Virus record (IMG/VR): IMGVR_UViG_3300045988_066153
Coordinates: 1 to 54,337 of that record
Strand: one strand, 5' to 3'
DNA length: 54,337 bases
From: a virus
This document shows, piece by piece, positions 7,366-16,401 of this stretch; within the stretch, counting starts at the first letter, position 1, and every line of letters begins with the position of its first letter. Made by a program: the position numbers and the translations under genes. A model generated the notes under the pieces. It searched no databases. It had not been told where the DNA came from and saw only the letters and a program-made list of their open reading frames with translations.

Positions 7366-7803
7366 ATGTTGTTCGACCTTTCCAATCCCTACGATTGTGA
7401 GCGTGCCAAGACACGCTTGCAGTCGTTGATTGACAAGCACTCGCCCTCTGTTGAACTGACCGAGAGAAAGCAGCGTAGCGACCCACAGAACCGCTACCTG
7501 CACGTCTGTATCGGCATTGTGGCAATGGAGACGGGCAACACGATGGACTACGTGAAGCGGTATTACTTCAAGGCGCATTGCAACGCAGATTTGTTTGTCA
7601 CCGAACGTTACGACACCCGTCTGCAACAGAACGTGAGGACGCTGAAATCAAGCAGAGACTTGTCAACGGAGGATATGACAACGGCAATTGAACGCTTCCG
7701 AAACTGGGCGGCCACCGAAGGTTGGTATATCCCCACCCCGGAGGAGGAATATATGATTAGACAGGCGGAAATTGAAATCAACAGAAGAAAGGAGTATCTA
7801 TGA
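7366..7803 (+). CDS. NinB/Orf-like recombination mediator
   Basis: RSDPQNRYLHVCIGIVA resembles the lambda NinB segment RSLDQNRKLWACLGDVS. Recombination-module context. Confidence 0.5.
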   Translation: MLFDLSNPYDCERAKTRLQSLIDKHSPSVELTERKQRSDPQNRYLHVCIGIVAMETGNTMDYVKRYYFKAHCNADLFVTERYDTRLQQNVRTLKSSRDLSTEDMTTAIERFRNWAATEGWYIPTPEEEYMIRQAEIEINRRKEYL

Positions 7804-8291
7804 CATACGACATTATCATCGGCATCGACCCTGACGTGGAGGCAAGCGGTGTCGCAACACTCTGTCCCAAAACCAAAAGGATTGAAGCGACCACAATGAC
7901 GCTTCCCGCGCTGACGGACGACTTCCGCAGAGTGCGCAACGAATATCCCACGTTGACGGTCGCTGTGGTGGTGGAGGCTTCGTGGGCCACTGCCCACAAC
8001 TTCCATTCACTGCCTTCCGACAGCAAGGCGGTGGCGGCTAAAAAAGGCTACCACGTGGGGCGCAACCATCAGATAGGCATAGACATTGCCGACATAGCGC
8101 GGCACTTCAGCTTTGATGTTCGGCTTCAACCGCCCCTGCGCAAAATCTGGAAGGGCAAAGACCGCAAAATCACCCACGAGGAGATATGCGCCATAACCGG
8201 CTATACCGCCAAGCGGAGCAACCAGGAGGAGCGTGACGCTATGCTTCTTGCGTGGACATCAGCGAACCTTCCAATAATATACAAGATATGA
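7800..8291 (+). CDS. RuvC-like Holliday junction resolvase
   Basis: N-terminal IIIGIDPDVEASGVA (first catalytic Asp motif) and C-terminal NQEERDAMLLAW (last acidic motif). Confidence 0.65.
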   Translation: MTYDIIIGIDPDVEASGVATLCPKTKRIEATTMTLPALTDDFRRVRNEYPTLTVAVVVEASWATAHNFHSLPSDSKAVAAKKGYHVGRNHQIGIDIADIARHFSFDVRLQPPLRKIWKGKDRKITHEEICAITGYTAKRSNQEERDAMLLAWTSANLPIIYKI

Positions 8292-8482
8292 TTGACGAAG
8301 AGAAACTGTATGATATGATTCAGAGGATGCAGGAGGGCTCCAACCCACCGCACCTCGTGCCGTTCATCGAAATCCACCGTGCGGTGTACGAGGAAACGCT
8401 GAAGGCAATCAGACATCTGGTCACCACCGACAGAATCAGTTACCACAGGCTGCTCAATGACTATGCAGCCAAAATCAAATAG
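8288..8482 (+). CDS. Hypothetical protein
   Basis: ATG 8288 overlaps the stop of the resolvase gene. 64 aa. Confidence 0.45.
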   Translation: MIDEEKLYDMIQRMQEGSNPPHLVPFIEIHRAVYEETLKAIRHLVTTDRISYHRLLNDYAAKIK

Positions 8483-9437
8483 AAGAATGGCAAACAATAG
8501 ATTCACCTTCCACGAGTCATGGCTCGACACAATAGAAACGCTTCCTCAGGAGGCACAGACAGACGCGCTGAAAGCATTGCTCAACTATGCGCTTAGAGGA
8601 ATTATGCCTGCCGAGGACGATGCGGTCGGCAAACTTATTGTCGGACTGCTGTCGGCAACAATCGAGGCGGACAGACAACGGAGAGAAGGAGGAAGCAAGG
8701 GCGGAAGACCGAAAAAAACCTCCCAAAACCATAGGTTACAAGAGCAAAAACCTCCCAAAACCATAGGTTATGATACCGAAAACCATAGGTTACAAGAGCA
8801 AAAACCTATGGTTTCTGAAGGTTTTTCCGAAAAAGAAGAAACCCCTTCTCCCCCCACACCCCCTACTACCCAAGAAGAAAAAGCCCCTGAAGAGAAAGAA
8901 AACTACGACTACGTCGTAGCAAAAGAAAGAGAAAAACCGACATCGCCGACAGCAACGGAGATCATTCCTGTGTCGGAGATTGAGGACGTCTTGATGGGCG
9001 AGGATATGTGGGTGGAGGCTATGTGCTACAAGTACAACCTACCCCGTGACAGACTTGCCGTGCAGATTCACACCATCAAGCGTGGCTGGATTGAGCGAGG
9101 TCAGGACTACAAGACCATCCAAGACGCGAAGAGACACGCTGATTCGCTGCTAAACATCCGTAGAGCCAACGGAGAACTTGCCCAGCCGCCGGCGTGGAAC
9201 GAGTTCCTCTACGACCTTATGGCTCCGCACATAGACGCTCTCGGCTACGACGATGATATTTTCACCGCCTTCGGTCGGCACTATATGCAGGATGTCGGCA
9301 ACGGCAAGCCGTTCTTCATCGGCATTCCGCGCTTTGAGGAGGAGATTTTTGAGAGGATGAAAAACTTCAAGGAATCGTATAAACCACCAGAGTATGAACA
9401 GCCTGTGCAATCCGGAAGCGGAAGCCAATCTGCTTAG
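8457..9437 (+). CDS. Putative replication initiator / replisome organiser
   Basis: It lies immediately upstream of and overlapping dnaB. It contains an internal iteron cluster in a low-complexity linker, as in lambda O. The N-terminal FTFHESWLDTIETLP...LNYALRG domain is typical of phage replication-organiser N-termini. Confidence 0.45.
   Translation: MTMQPKSNRRMANNRFTFHESWLDTIETLPQEAQTDALKALLNYALRGIMPAEDDAVGKLIVGLLSATIEADRQRREGGSKGGRPKKTSQNHRLQEQKPPKTIGYDTENHRLQEQKPMVSEGFSEKEETPSPPTPPTTQEEKAPEEKENYDYVVAKEREKPTSPTATEIIPVSEIEDVLMGEDMWVEAMCYKYNLPRDRLAVQIHTIKRGWIERGQDYKTIQDAKRHADSLLNIRRANGELAQPPAWNEFLYDLMAPHIDALGYDDDIFTAFGRHYMQDVGNGKPFFIGIPRFEEEIFERMKNFKESYKPPEYEQPVQSGSGSQSA
8717..8814. repeat. 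Iteron cluster (candidate replication origin) inside the initiator-like gene
   Basis: AAAACCATAGGTTA occurs at 8725-8738, 8757-8770 and 8779-8792, with an inverted copy AAAACCTATGGTTT at 8801-8814. The longer unit CCATAGGTTACAAGAGCAAAAACCT occurs at 8729-8753 and 8783-8807. Confidence 0.6.
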
Positions 9438-10743
9438 TGCCTGCGTCACCAACAGCGGTGAGTTCTACCGCCTTGCCGATGTCCTTGACCCCGAGGTGTT
9501 CACCGTTCCGGAGAACCGCACGATATGGGAGGCGATGCTGTACATCCGCAACAACGGAGGCGATGCCGATATGATGGCGGTGACGGCACGGCTGATAACG
9601 GTGGACAAGGCGGCATTCCTCGCATTCTCCGAGCAGTGTGCTCGTCCCGTGACTTCCGCCATCGGGACGGACGAACTGTTGACAGACTTGCTTGTGAGGA
9701 GGCGCACGCTTGCCGCGATTATGGAGGCTCAGCAGTTACTTATGCAACCGCTCGAACCTTCGGAGACAACCCTCCAGCGGCTCAACACGGAGATTGCCAA
9801 CTGCCTTGTGTCGAACACCACGGAGATGGTGACGGCTGAGGATGCTTGCAACGAGGTGATGCGCAACGTGTTCGACAATCAGTCACGGATGCACAACGCT
9901 CCGGAAATCCCCGTGGGGCTTAAAGGGATAGACGAGCGCGGAGGACTGCACACAACAGACCTGACAATTATCGCCGGCGAGACATCTATGGGCAAGACTT
10001 CCCTTGCGTTGACGTTCGCCCTCAATGCCGCCACCGCGGGTGTCGGTGTGGGGGTGGTGACGCTGGAGATGTCGGTGATGCAGCTTGCGGCACGTATGGT
10101 GTCGGGCGATGCGCAGGTGTCTTCCTCGGACATCCTCTACAAGCGGCTCGGAGCGGACGATTACAACCGCGTGGGCGCCGCAGTGGAGAGGACGGGAACG
10201 CTGCCTATGTGGTTCAACAGAAAGGCACAGAGCGTGGCGAAGATATGCGCCTGGATACGTCAGCTTGCCTACCGCAAGAAGGCGAAACTCTTTGTCATCG
10301 ACTACCTCCAGCTTATCTCGATGGGCAAGATTGACAACCGTGTGCAGGAGATAGGCGACATCTGCGCCACGCTGAAGCGGCTCGCCGGTGAGATTGACGT
10401 GAGCATCATCCTGCTCTCCCAACTCAGCCGTGACCGCATGAACCCCTACCCTTCCCTCGCCCGTCTGCGTGGCTCCGGTGAGATTGAGTCGAATGCCGAC
10501 AACGTGATATTCGTCTACCGCCCCGAGTACTACAAGACGGAGGGTAAGAACCTTGCCTACAAGGACAGGTTCGCCAACGTCAGCACCAACGGCACTGCGG
10601 AGATCATCGTCGCTAAAGGCAGAAACACGGGTACGACATCATTCATTGCTGCCTACGAGAAGCAATACACAAGATTCTCCGACCTTGCCGATATGCCAAC
10701 GGCTACGATGGTGACGGCAAATCGTGAACAACTACCATTTTAA
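9394..10743 (+). CDS. dnaB: Replicative DNA helicase (DnaB family)
   Basis: N-terminal PEAEANLLSACV, Walker A GETSMGKTSLAL, VIDYLQLI, and LSQLSR with RGSGEIESNAD. Confidence 0.9.
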   Translation: MNSLCNPEAEANLLSACVTNSGEFYRLADVLDPEVFTVPENRTIWEAMLYIRNNGGDADMMAVTARLITVDKAAFLAFSEQCARPVTSAIGTDELLTDLLVRRRTLAAIMEAQQLLMQPLEPSETTLQRLNTEIANCLVSNTTEMVTAEDACNEVMRNVFDNQSRMHNAPEIPVGLKGIDERGGLHTTDLTIIAGETSMGKTSLALTFALNAATAGVGVGVVTLEMSVMQLAARMVSGDAQVSSSDILYKRLGADDYNRVGAAVERTGTLPMWFNRKAQSVAKICAWIRQLAYRKKAKLFVIDYLQLISMGKIDNRVQEIGDICATLKRLAGEIDVSIILLSQLSRDRMNPYPSLARLRGSGEIESNADNVIFVYRPEYYKTEGKNLAYKDRFANVSTNGTAEIIVAKGRNTGTTSFIAAYEKQYTRFSDLADMPTATMVTANREQLPF

Positions 10744-10751
10744 CCAAAGAA

Positions 10752-11066
10752 ATGAAAGAACAGATTCAAAAAGACAAACGTGTGAACAGCAGGTTCCTCA
10801 CTGCGCTGCTCGTGGCGGAAGCGGCTCTCAGACCGATAGCCAACGACTGGGCGCATCTCGACGAAGGGGAACTCAACGACATCATCCGATGCCTGCACAC
10901 CATCAACGACCTGCAAGGACAGGCAAGAGCGTATGAAGACTATCTCAACAAACAACTACAGACTGCTGATGCGGTGTGCGAGGGCGGTCGTGGAGATTCC
11001 CCACGACAAGAACAACCTTCGCTTAATCAACCTTCAGCGTCAGGCGAAATTACTGCTGCGGTATGA
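10752..11066 (+). CDS. Hypothetical protein
   Basis: 104-aa ORF in the operon. Confidence 0.5.
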   Translation: MKEQIQKDKRVNSRFLTALLVAEAALRPIANDWAHLDEGELNDIIRCLHTINDLQGQARAYEDYLNKQLQTADAVCEGGRGDSPRQEQPSLNQPSASGEITAAV

Positions 11067-11341
11067 GGAACGAAAACTACTACACTCCGGAGGAAGAGGC
11101 AATGGCTTTCAAGGCCAAGAGTGAGGCGGTGGACTATTTTTTTCGCGACGCCATAGCTCACTACTCCCCCAAACAGAAAATGATTGTGGAGGTGCTTGAC
11201 ATCCGATTCCCTCTTCACAAGGATGTCTACAAGGCGTATATGCTTTCCACCCCCGTCAGTGTCATTGCTAATATTTACCTAATGACGCAGAGGGATGTGA
11301 GAAGAGTGATAAAGGCTTACGAACTCAATAAACTGTACTGA
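11063..11341 (+). CDS. Hypothetical protein
   Basis: 92-aa ORF. Its start overlaps the previous stop. Confidence 0.5.
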   Translation: MRNENYYTPEEEAMAFKAKSEAVDYFFRDAIAHYSPKQKMIVEVLDIRFPLHKDVYKAYMLSTPVSVIANIYLMTQRDVRRVIKAYELNKLY

Positions 11342-11343
11342 TT

Positions 11344-11496
11344 ATGAACTACGACGTTATAGAGAACTCAAAGGCTGACTTGAGATTGAGCCGCCGCAAG
11401 GCTCTTGAGTTGCTTCCTGTCCTGCGCAAGCGTGACGAGGGAGGGCGAATTGTCAGAATAGATCCAAGAACAATTAAAATCGTCAGAAACCGATGA
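11344..11496 (+). CDS. Small protein paralogous to the N-terminus of the second integrase
   Basis: A 50-aa ORF below the track cutoff: MNYDVIENSKADLRLSRRKALELLPVLRKRDEGGRIVRIDPRTIKIVRNR. Roughly half its residues match ARERALQLLADVKKREEGSKIVRLDKRTLVVRN at the start of the 11980 gene. Its stop overlaps the dut ATG. Confidence 0.4.
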   Translation: MNYDVIENSKADLRLSRRKALELLPVLRKRDEGGRIVRIDPRTIKIVRNR

Positions 11497-11975
11497 AGAT
11501 AACGAAGATTAGGGAGGTGAAGACTCCCACAAGAGGGACTGAATGCTCGGCAGGGCTGGACTTCTACGTGCCGAAAGGCTTCACGGCTCGGTTGACATCG
11601 GGGACTGACATCCTCGTGCCGAGCGGTATAAGGGCGGAAGTGCCGCACGGCTACGCGCTGATTGCGATGAACCGCTCCAGCGTGGCGACATCCACAGACG
11701 CTATGCGGCGTGTCGGTCTGACGCTAAAGGCAAACACCCCCAAAGGAACGCTCGTTGTCGGAGCGTGCGTGGTGGACGAGGACTATCAAGGCGAGATTTA
11801 TATACATCTCATCAATGTCGGCAGGAGCATAGAAGTAATTCATCCAGGGATGAAGGTGGCGCAGTTCGTGCTTACCCCTGTGAGTTATGAGGGTGTCGAG
11901 GTTGTGGATGAGGAAGAGTTGTTCAACCAAGCGACCGAGCGCGGAAAAGGCGGTTTCGGAAGCACCAACAAATAA
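11493..11975 (+). CDS. dut: dUTP diphosphatase
   Basis: AGLDFYVP, VVDEDYQGEI and C-terminal RGKGGFGST motifs. Confidence 0.9.
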   Translation: MKITKIREVKTPTRGTECSAGLDFYVPKGFTARLTSGTDILVPSGIRAEVPHGYALIAMNRSSVATSTDAMRRVGLTLKANTPKGTLVVGACVVDEDYQGEIYIHLINVGRSIEVIHPGMKVAQFVLTPVSYEGVEVVDEEELFNQATERGKGGFGSTNK

Positions 11976-11979
11976 CGAT

Positions 11980-13215
11980 ATGTACGAAGCGAGTGAATAC
12001 ACACCAGACTATGGCGCACGGGAACGCGCTTTGCAACTGCTCGCGGATGTAAAGAAACGTGAGGAGGGGAGCAAGATCGTGCGACTTGACAAGCGCACAC
12101 TGGTTGTCCGCAACGAGAAGCGGATGGACGAGGATTTACGGAAGGAAACCGAAAAGAAGCCACGCAAAAAAACGGTGGTCGTCACGACAAACAGACATAA
12201 GCCCTCCGTTTGTGCAGAGCAAGATACGAGAAAGCCCAACCGCACGAAAGCGAAGCCTATAAGGGCTAAGATTTCAATGGAGGCTATTATGCAGAAAACA
12301 GGCACAATTCAACGAAAAAAGGTTGGAATAACGTTCATAGATTTCTGCGCCGCCGAGATTGCGGAATTGCGCCGAATGGGTGAAAACACGACCGCGGAAC
12401 GCTATGAGAAGATTTTGCGTATCAACCGCGATCTATTTGAGGGTATCGACATCGGTCTGCTTGACTATACGCATATTCTGGCTGCGCAGGAAGCAATGGT
12501 ACATAGAGGTTTGTCTGCTAACTCAATCGGTATGTATAACCGCAATTTGCGGACGATGTACAACAGGGCGGTGGCACGGGGAATTGTAGAGGACGCTTCT
12601 CCGTGGAAGCGAGCGACAACGGCAGTTGCGAAAACGAAGTCACGGGCATTGTCAGACACGCAGTTCAAGGCGTTGCTCGCAATCAATATGGACGAATTTT
12701 ATAAATGGGGAGGGGTGGAAAAGGACACCACGCGCAAAGGGTATAAACAAGCATACGATTTGTTTATTCTCAGCTTTCTGCTCCGCGGTATATCTCCAGC
12801 AGACCTTGCAAGCCTTACTCCTTCCAATTTTCGTAACGGCAATATGACATACGCAAGAAAAAAGACACATCAAGTGCTTTCCATGAAGGTGCCAGAAAAG
12901 GCAAAGAAAATCATACGAAAGTATAAGGCTGATGGGGGTCGCAGCTTGCTGGGCGTGTCTTTAAGCCGCATACGACAACTTAATTCGTTCCTCTCAAAAA
13001 TCGGTGAATACATAGGTTTCTCCGAACCGCTGACATTCTACTGCGCACGGCACACTTGGGCAAGCCTCTCCAACGCTGCGGAGGTACCGTTGACGGTCAT
13101 AAGCAAAGGAATGGGTCATACGGACATCAAGACAACGCAGATTTACCTTGCGTCAATTCAAACGGACGTGGTTGACAGGTATTCCGAAAAACTATACACA
13201 AAATACGGATTATAA
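11980..13215 (+). CDS. Second tyrosine recombinase/integrase
   Basis: FLLRGISPADL (Arg I), CARHTWAS (HxxR) and GMGHTDIKTTQIYL (H, Y). ATG 11980 is in frame within the 11887..13215 ORF, 5 nt after the dut stop. Confidence 0.85.
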   Translation: MYEASEYTPDYGARERALQLLADVKKREEGSKIVRLDKRTLVVRNEKRMDEDLRKETEKKPRKKTVVVTTNRHKPSVCAEQDTRKPNRTKAKPIRAKISMEAIMQKTGTIQRKKVGITFIDFCAAEIAELRRMGENTTAERYEKILRINRDLFEGIDIGLLDYTHILAAQEAMVHRGLSANSIGMYNRNLRTMYNRAVARGIVEDASPWKRATTAVAKTKSRALSDTQFKALLAINMDEFYKWGGVEKDTTRKGYKQAYDLFILSFLLRGISPADLASLTPSNFRNGNMTYARKKTHQVLSMKVPEKAKKIIRKYKADGGRSLLGVSLSRIRQLNSFLSKIGEYIGFSEPLTFYCARHTWASLSNAAEVPLTVISKGMGHTDIKTTQIYLASIQTDVVDRYSEKLYTKYGL

Positions 13216-13228
13216 AAAAAATAAAATT

Positions 13229-13471
13229 ATGGGACTATGCAGTTTAGTAGCGACACCTGTCGCGGAAGAAAGCTCTATGGTGACAATCACGCTCTCAAAG
13301 GAGGATTACCGCGCAATCACAGCACTGATTGACAAGGAACTGAAAATGTATGAGTCGCAGTTGCCGCATTTTGCGAGCAAGCTGATACTTGTGAAGGCTC
13401 TGACAAGATGCCTAAAAAAGACGGAAGCAGTCAGAGGTCTGAGGGAGAGATGGATAAACAATAAGCGATAA
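13229..13471 (+). CDS. Hypothetical protein
   Basis: ATG 13229 is in frame within the 13148..13471 ORF. Confidence 0.45.
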   Translation: MGLCSLVATPVAEESSMVTITLSKEDYRAITALIDKELKMYESQLPHFASKLILVKALTRCLKKTEAVRGLRERWINNKR

Positions 13472-13491
13472 TCTAACAAAACTAAAAGAGA

Positions 13492-13713
13492 ATGAATGTT
13501 TTAGAACAAAGACAGGCAGAGGCGGTGGTGAGCATCGCCAAGACATTGCGCACTCCAGACTGGGAGCAGCGCAGGTATGAGATAGCAAAGGATATATTAC
13601 CGCACACGATTCTTCTTGAATATTACGGCAAGGGTCTCGAGCGCGGTGTAAAAGATGCAGTCATGATCGCTGACGCTCTAATCGCTGAACTGAAGAAAGG
13701 AGGCGAGAAATAA
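13492..13713 (+). CDS. Hypothetical protein
   Basis: 73-aa ORF. It ends in KKGGEK and shares a 17-nt identical 3' end with the next gene. Confidence 0.5.
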   Translation: MNVLEQRQAEAVVSIAKTLRTPDWEQRRYEIAKDILPHTILLEYYGKGLERGVKDAVMIADALIAELKKGGEK

Positions 13714-13746
13714 AGTTTATTTAACTCTAATAAAAACTAAAAGACA

Positions 13747-14061
13747 ATGAAAGAAGCAGAAAAAATCATCAACGGTAGTAAATATTGGCTTAATGAAGAC
13801 CAGAAGAATCGTACAGCAGTGGTAATCTTGGCAAATAATAAAGAGGACGAGATGTGGGCTCATGCTGCGGGGACATCATACGCTATAGCGCGTCTCATCT
13901 ATTTGATGATGCTCAAAGACAAAGGACTCGGTCACAACATATATGTGGCTGCTTGCCTCTATGCTCACAACCATATTGCAGCAAAAGAGCGTGACAAGAT
14001 AGATGCCTTTATATCCGCTGACGCTGAAGCGAGCAAAAAATCGAAAGGAGGCGAGAAATGA
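13747..14061 (+). CDS. Hypothetical protein
   Basis: 104-aa ORF ending in KSKGGEK. Confidence 0.5.
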   Translation: MKEAEKIINGSKYWLNEDQKNRTAVVILANNKEDEMWAHAAGTSYAIARLIYLMMLKDKGLGHNIYVAACLYAHNHIAAKERDKIDAFISADAEASKKSKGGEK

Positions 14062-14261
14062 GTTACAGGATTAGACCGAGAATCTATGCGTGCTTCACGC
14101 ACAGCGGCCGACTGCCGATCGTGCAGTCAAGCATCACTACTTATGCGGTGCAGGTTAGAAAATGGTACGGCTGGGTGACTGTCAAGGAATACGACGAAGG
14201 CTCCGACTCAGATTTCGCCCTCAGACAAGCGGAAGAACTTTTAGAACTTTTAAATCAATAA
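14058..14261 (+). CDS. Hypothetical protein
   Basis: 67-aa ORF preceded by a perfect AAGGAGG 6 nt upstream. Confidence 0.5.
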   Translation: MSYRIRPRIYACFTHSGRLPIVQSSITTYAVQVRKWYGWVTVKEYDEGSDSDFALRQAEELLELLNQ

Positions 14262-14265
14262 AATA

Positions 14266-14610
14266 ATGGAAAAGAAATACGAACTTACTCAAGAAGCTGC
14301 AAGACTTGTGACCGACATCAACCCCAAACATATCAAGGCACTGATTGCCTTAAATGAACTGTTCACCATCGCACAGGCATGGAACAAGGAAGATGGATTT
14401 GTTCCCGATTTTTCAGATAGGGAACAAGATAAGTGGTTTCCTTGGTTCAAATATGATAAAAATACTGCAAGGTTCGTGTACGCGTTTACAAATAACTCGT
14501 CTATACTCGGATATGCGTATTTCGGTTCTCGCCTTTGCTTCAAGACATCCGAGCGTGCCGAGCAATTCGGCAAGCAGTTCGACGACCTTTATAACATGGT
14601 TTTTTTATAA
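14266..14610 (+). CDS. Hypothetical protein
   Basis: 114-aa ORF in the operon. Confidence 0.5.
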   Translation: MEKKYELTQEAARLVTDINPKHIKALIALNELFTIAQAWNKEDGFVPDFSDREQDKWFPWFKYDKNTARFVYAFTNNSSILGYAYFGSRLCFKTSERAEQFGKQFDDLYNMVFL

Positions 14611-14618
14611 ATATTAAA

Positions 14619-14816
14619 ATGAAACTTATATCAGAAGAAAGATTAGCCGAACTGCTTAGAGCAGAAGCTTATGCAACAGCTTTGAAATACCATTATGTTG
14701 ACAAATGGGATTATTTCGCAGACTCTCTAAGCGACCCAATCTTTAACAATGAAACTTATTGGGAATATGTTTCACAAAGCGATAGAGATATAACCAGAGA
14801 TTTTCAATCGGTTTAA
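14619..14816 (+). CDS. Hypothetical protein
   Basis: 65-aa ORF in the operon. Confidence 0.45.
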   Translation: MKLISEERLAELLRAEAYATALKYHYVDKWDYFADSLSDPIFNNETYWEYVSQSDRDITRDFQSV

Positions 14817-14835
14817 AGTATAAATTGTGTATTCA

Positions 14836-15048
14836 ATGATAAAGCAATACAGGATGTGGCTCCTCCGCCAGCAGAGGCGGAGGGCGCAGAAGCGAAATGA
14901 GGAAGTGTGCGCAAGCCTGTCCGTCAGACTTATTGACGGATCGTTGTACATTGCAAATGGCTGCACGCTTATCCACAAGTTTTCAACCGACAATTCAGTC
15001 GGCGAAGTTGTTAATAAAATTAACGAGATAAGGAGAATGAATCTATGA
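14836..15048 (+). CDS. Hypothetical protein
   Basis: The track ORF starts at GTG 14827. The first ATG is at 14836. Confidence 0.4.
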   Translation: MIKQYRMWLLRQQRRRAQKRNEEVCASLSVRLIDGSLYIANGCTLIHKFSTDNSVGEVVNKINEIRRMNL

Positions 15049-15224
15049 TATTGGCAAAAGTTGAGATAAATATAGAGGATGCGTTTGGCAGTCTGACATC
15101 AACAGAAAAAATGGTTTTTGCCAAATATGTATTTGAAAATTTATCAGAGTTTAATCGCAAAATTTTATTGTCTTACATCGCGGCTAATTGCCCCGATTTG
15201 GTTCAATTCTTTAAAGAGTATTAA
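15045..15224 (+). CDS. Small protein paralogous to the N-terminus of the next gene
   Basis: A 59-aa ORF below the track cutoff: MILAKVEINIEDAFGSLTSTEKMVFAKYVFENLSEFNRKILLSYIAANCPDLVQFFKEY. It aligns with IFKAFNDLSRMDKEDFARYVVNNLANRSRERLLLYLAADFLEFIQ. Confidence 0.4.
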   Translation: MILAKVEINIEDAFGSLTSTEKMVFAKYVFENLSEFNRKILLSYIAANCPDLVQFFKEY

Positions 15225-15237
15225 GGAGGATGAAAAT

Positions 15238-15750
15238 ATGACAAACGAAACTGGAATGGATATTTTTAAGGCGTTCAACGATTTGTCACGGATGGACAAA
15301 GAGGACTTTGCAAGATACGTAGTCAACAACTTGGCGAACAGAAGCCGAGAAAGACTTCTGCTCTACCTTGCCGCTGACTTCCTCGAATTTATTCAAGGCA
15401 ATAATGATTTTACGACAAAGCAAATTAAGAAGCTGGTAAGTCTTGGCATTAATCTTGGCAAGGAATGGACGTTGCAGAACCTTTTGGATTGTCTGCCTTT
15501 GCGTGTGGACAGAGTGCCGCAGACAAAATGGATTCGGGTTGTCAACCCGAACGAAGAATATGAAGAATGCTTGGACAGCGACGGAGACTATCCGAACATC
15601 TCTGGACATTTGACCATATCTGTGCAGTATGGACGATGGGTGTTCGACTTCGACAAGGAGGGAATCAACGGTCGCAAGCCACAAGATACCAGTTTTACAG
15701 AGGCGGCAATCAAGATGGCGGAATTTTGTATCGAGAACGAATTAATATGA
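15238..15750 (+). CDS. Hypothetical protein (paralogue of 17001..17369)
   Basis: AAGGAGG lies 8 nt upstream of ATG 15238. The C-terminal half aligns with the 17001 product (WTLQNLLDCLP / CTLENVLNLIP; AAIKMAEFCIEN / AALYMCEFCVVN). Confidence 0.55.
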   Translation: MTNETGMDIFKAFNDLSRMDKEDFARYVVNNLANRSRERLLLYLAADFLEFIQGNNDFTTKQIKKLVSLGINLGKEWTLQNLLDCLPLRVDRVPQTKWIRVVNPNEEYEECLDSDGDYPNISGHLTISVQYGRWVFDFDKEGINGRKPQDTSFTEAAIKMAEFCIENELI

Positions 15751-15757
15751 CGAATAT

Positions 15758-16396
15758 ATGAAAAAAGAGATTAAGAGCGTGTTGAAGAAGCTCGCAGACG
15801 AAGCTCCTGAATTTCCCGAATGTTTCAAGAAACCGTTTGTTTATAGCGAATGGATTGCCGCAACGGACAGTTATTCGTTGATACGAGTTAAGTCGCAAGG
15901 AAACAACAGCGGTTACTCGCCACTAATTAAGCAAATTGATGTTGATCATTGTTTTCCCTCTAAGACTTGCAATTGCTTGGTGGATATTGGACTTTTGCAA
16001 GAAAAATTGAAGAGCAAAAAATACACCGATTGGGGAAACCTTTTGACCGTTTGTGAAGAGTGTGGAGGTGTTGGAAAGGTCTGGTGTACATACACTGATA
16101 GACTTAGGAGAGATTATCAGATTTCAGGAGTATGTCCAATATGTGGCGGAGACAGTATTACTGAACGAACAGGCGTGGTTAAGATTGCCGACGCAATTGT
16201 CAAGCCGAAATATATGCTTCTATTGTGCGAGTTGGCAAAAGCGACAGGCGGAAGAGTTTTGTTGCTGAATAGAGGCGATGCAGAGCGACAACGCTTATAT
16301 TTTCAAATCGGAGAAGACATAGAGATGATTATAATGCAGGTGCATCCGTCAGTTGCTCGGCAAGAGGAATTGTTGTTTGAATTAAAAATTGATTGA
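15758..16396 (+). CDS. Zinc-ribbon protein with sliding-clamp-like sequence patches
   Basis: CEECGGVGKVWC...CPICGG gives four Cys in a CxxC...CxxC arrangement. IAATDSYSLIRV recalls the DnaN ATDGHRLA motif. KPKYMLLLCELAKATGGRVLLL...MIIMQVHP recalls the DnaN C-terminal FNxxYLxDxL...MPMR pattern. Confidence 0.5.
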   Translation: MKKEIKSVLKKLADEAPEFPECFKKPFVYSEWIAATDSYSLIRVKSQGNNSGYSPLIKQIDVDHCFPSKTCNCLVDIGLLQEKLKSKKYTDWGNLLTVCEECGGVGKVWCTYTDRLRRDYQISGVCPICGGDSITERTGVVKIADAIVKPKYMLLLCELAKATGGRVLLLNRGDAERQRLYFQIGEDIEMIIMQVHPSVARQEELLFELKID

Positions 16397-16401
16397 AGAA
16401 A

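Noticed and set aside
13695-14059. 17-nt identical segment GAAAGGAGGCGAGAAAT at 13695-13711 and 14043-14059
   Set aside because: It is most simply explained as a shared C-terminal KGGEK coding end or mosaic junction that also supplies the SD for the 14058 gene. That is not enough evidence for a dedicated regulatory element.
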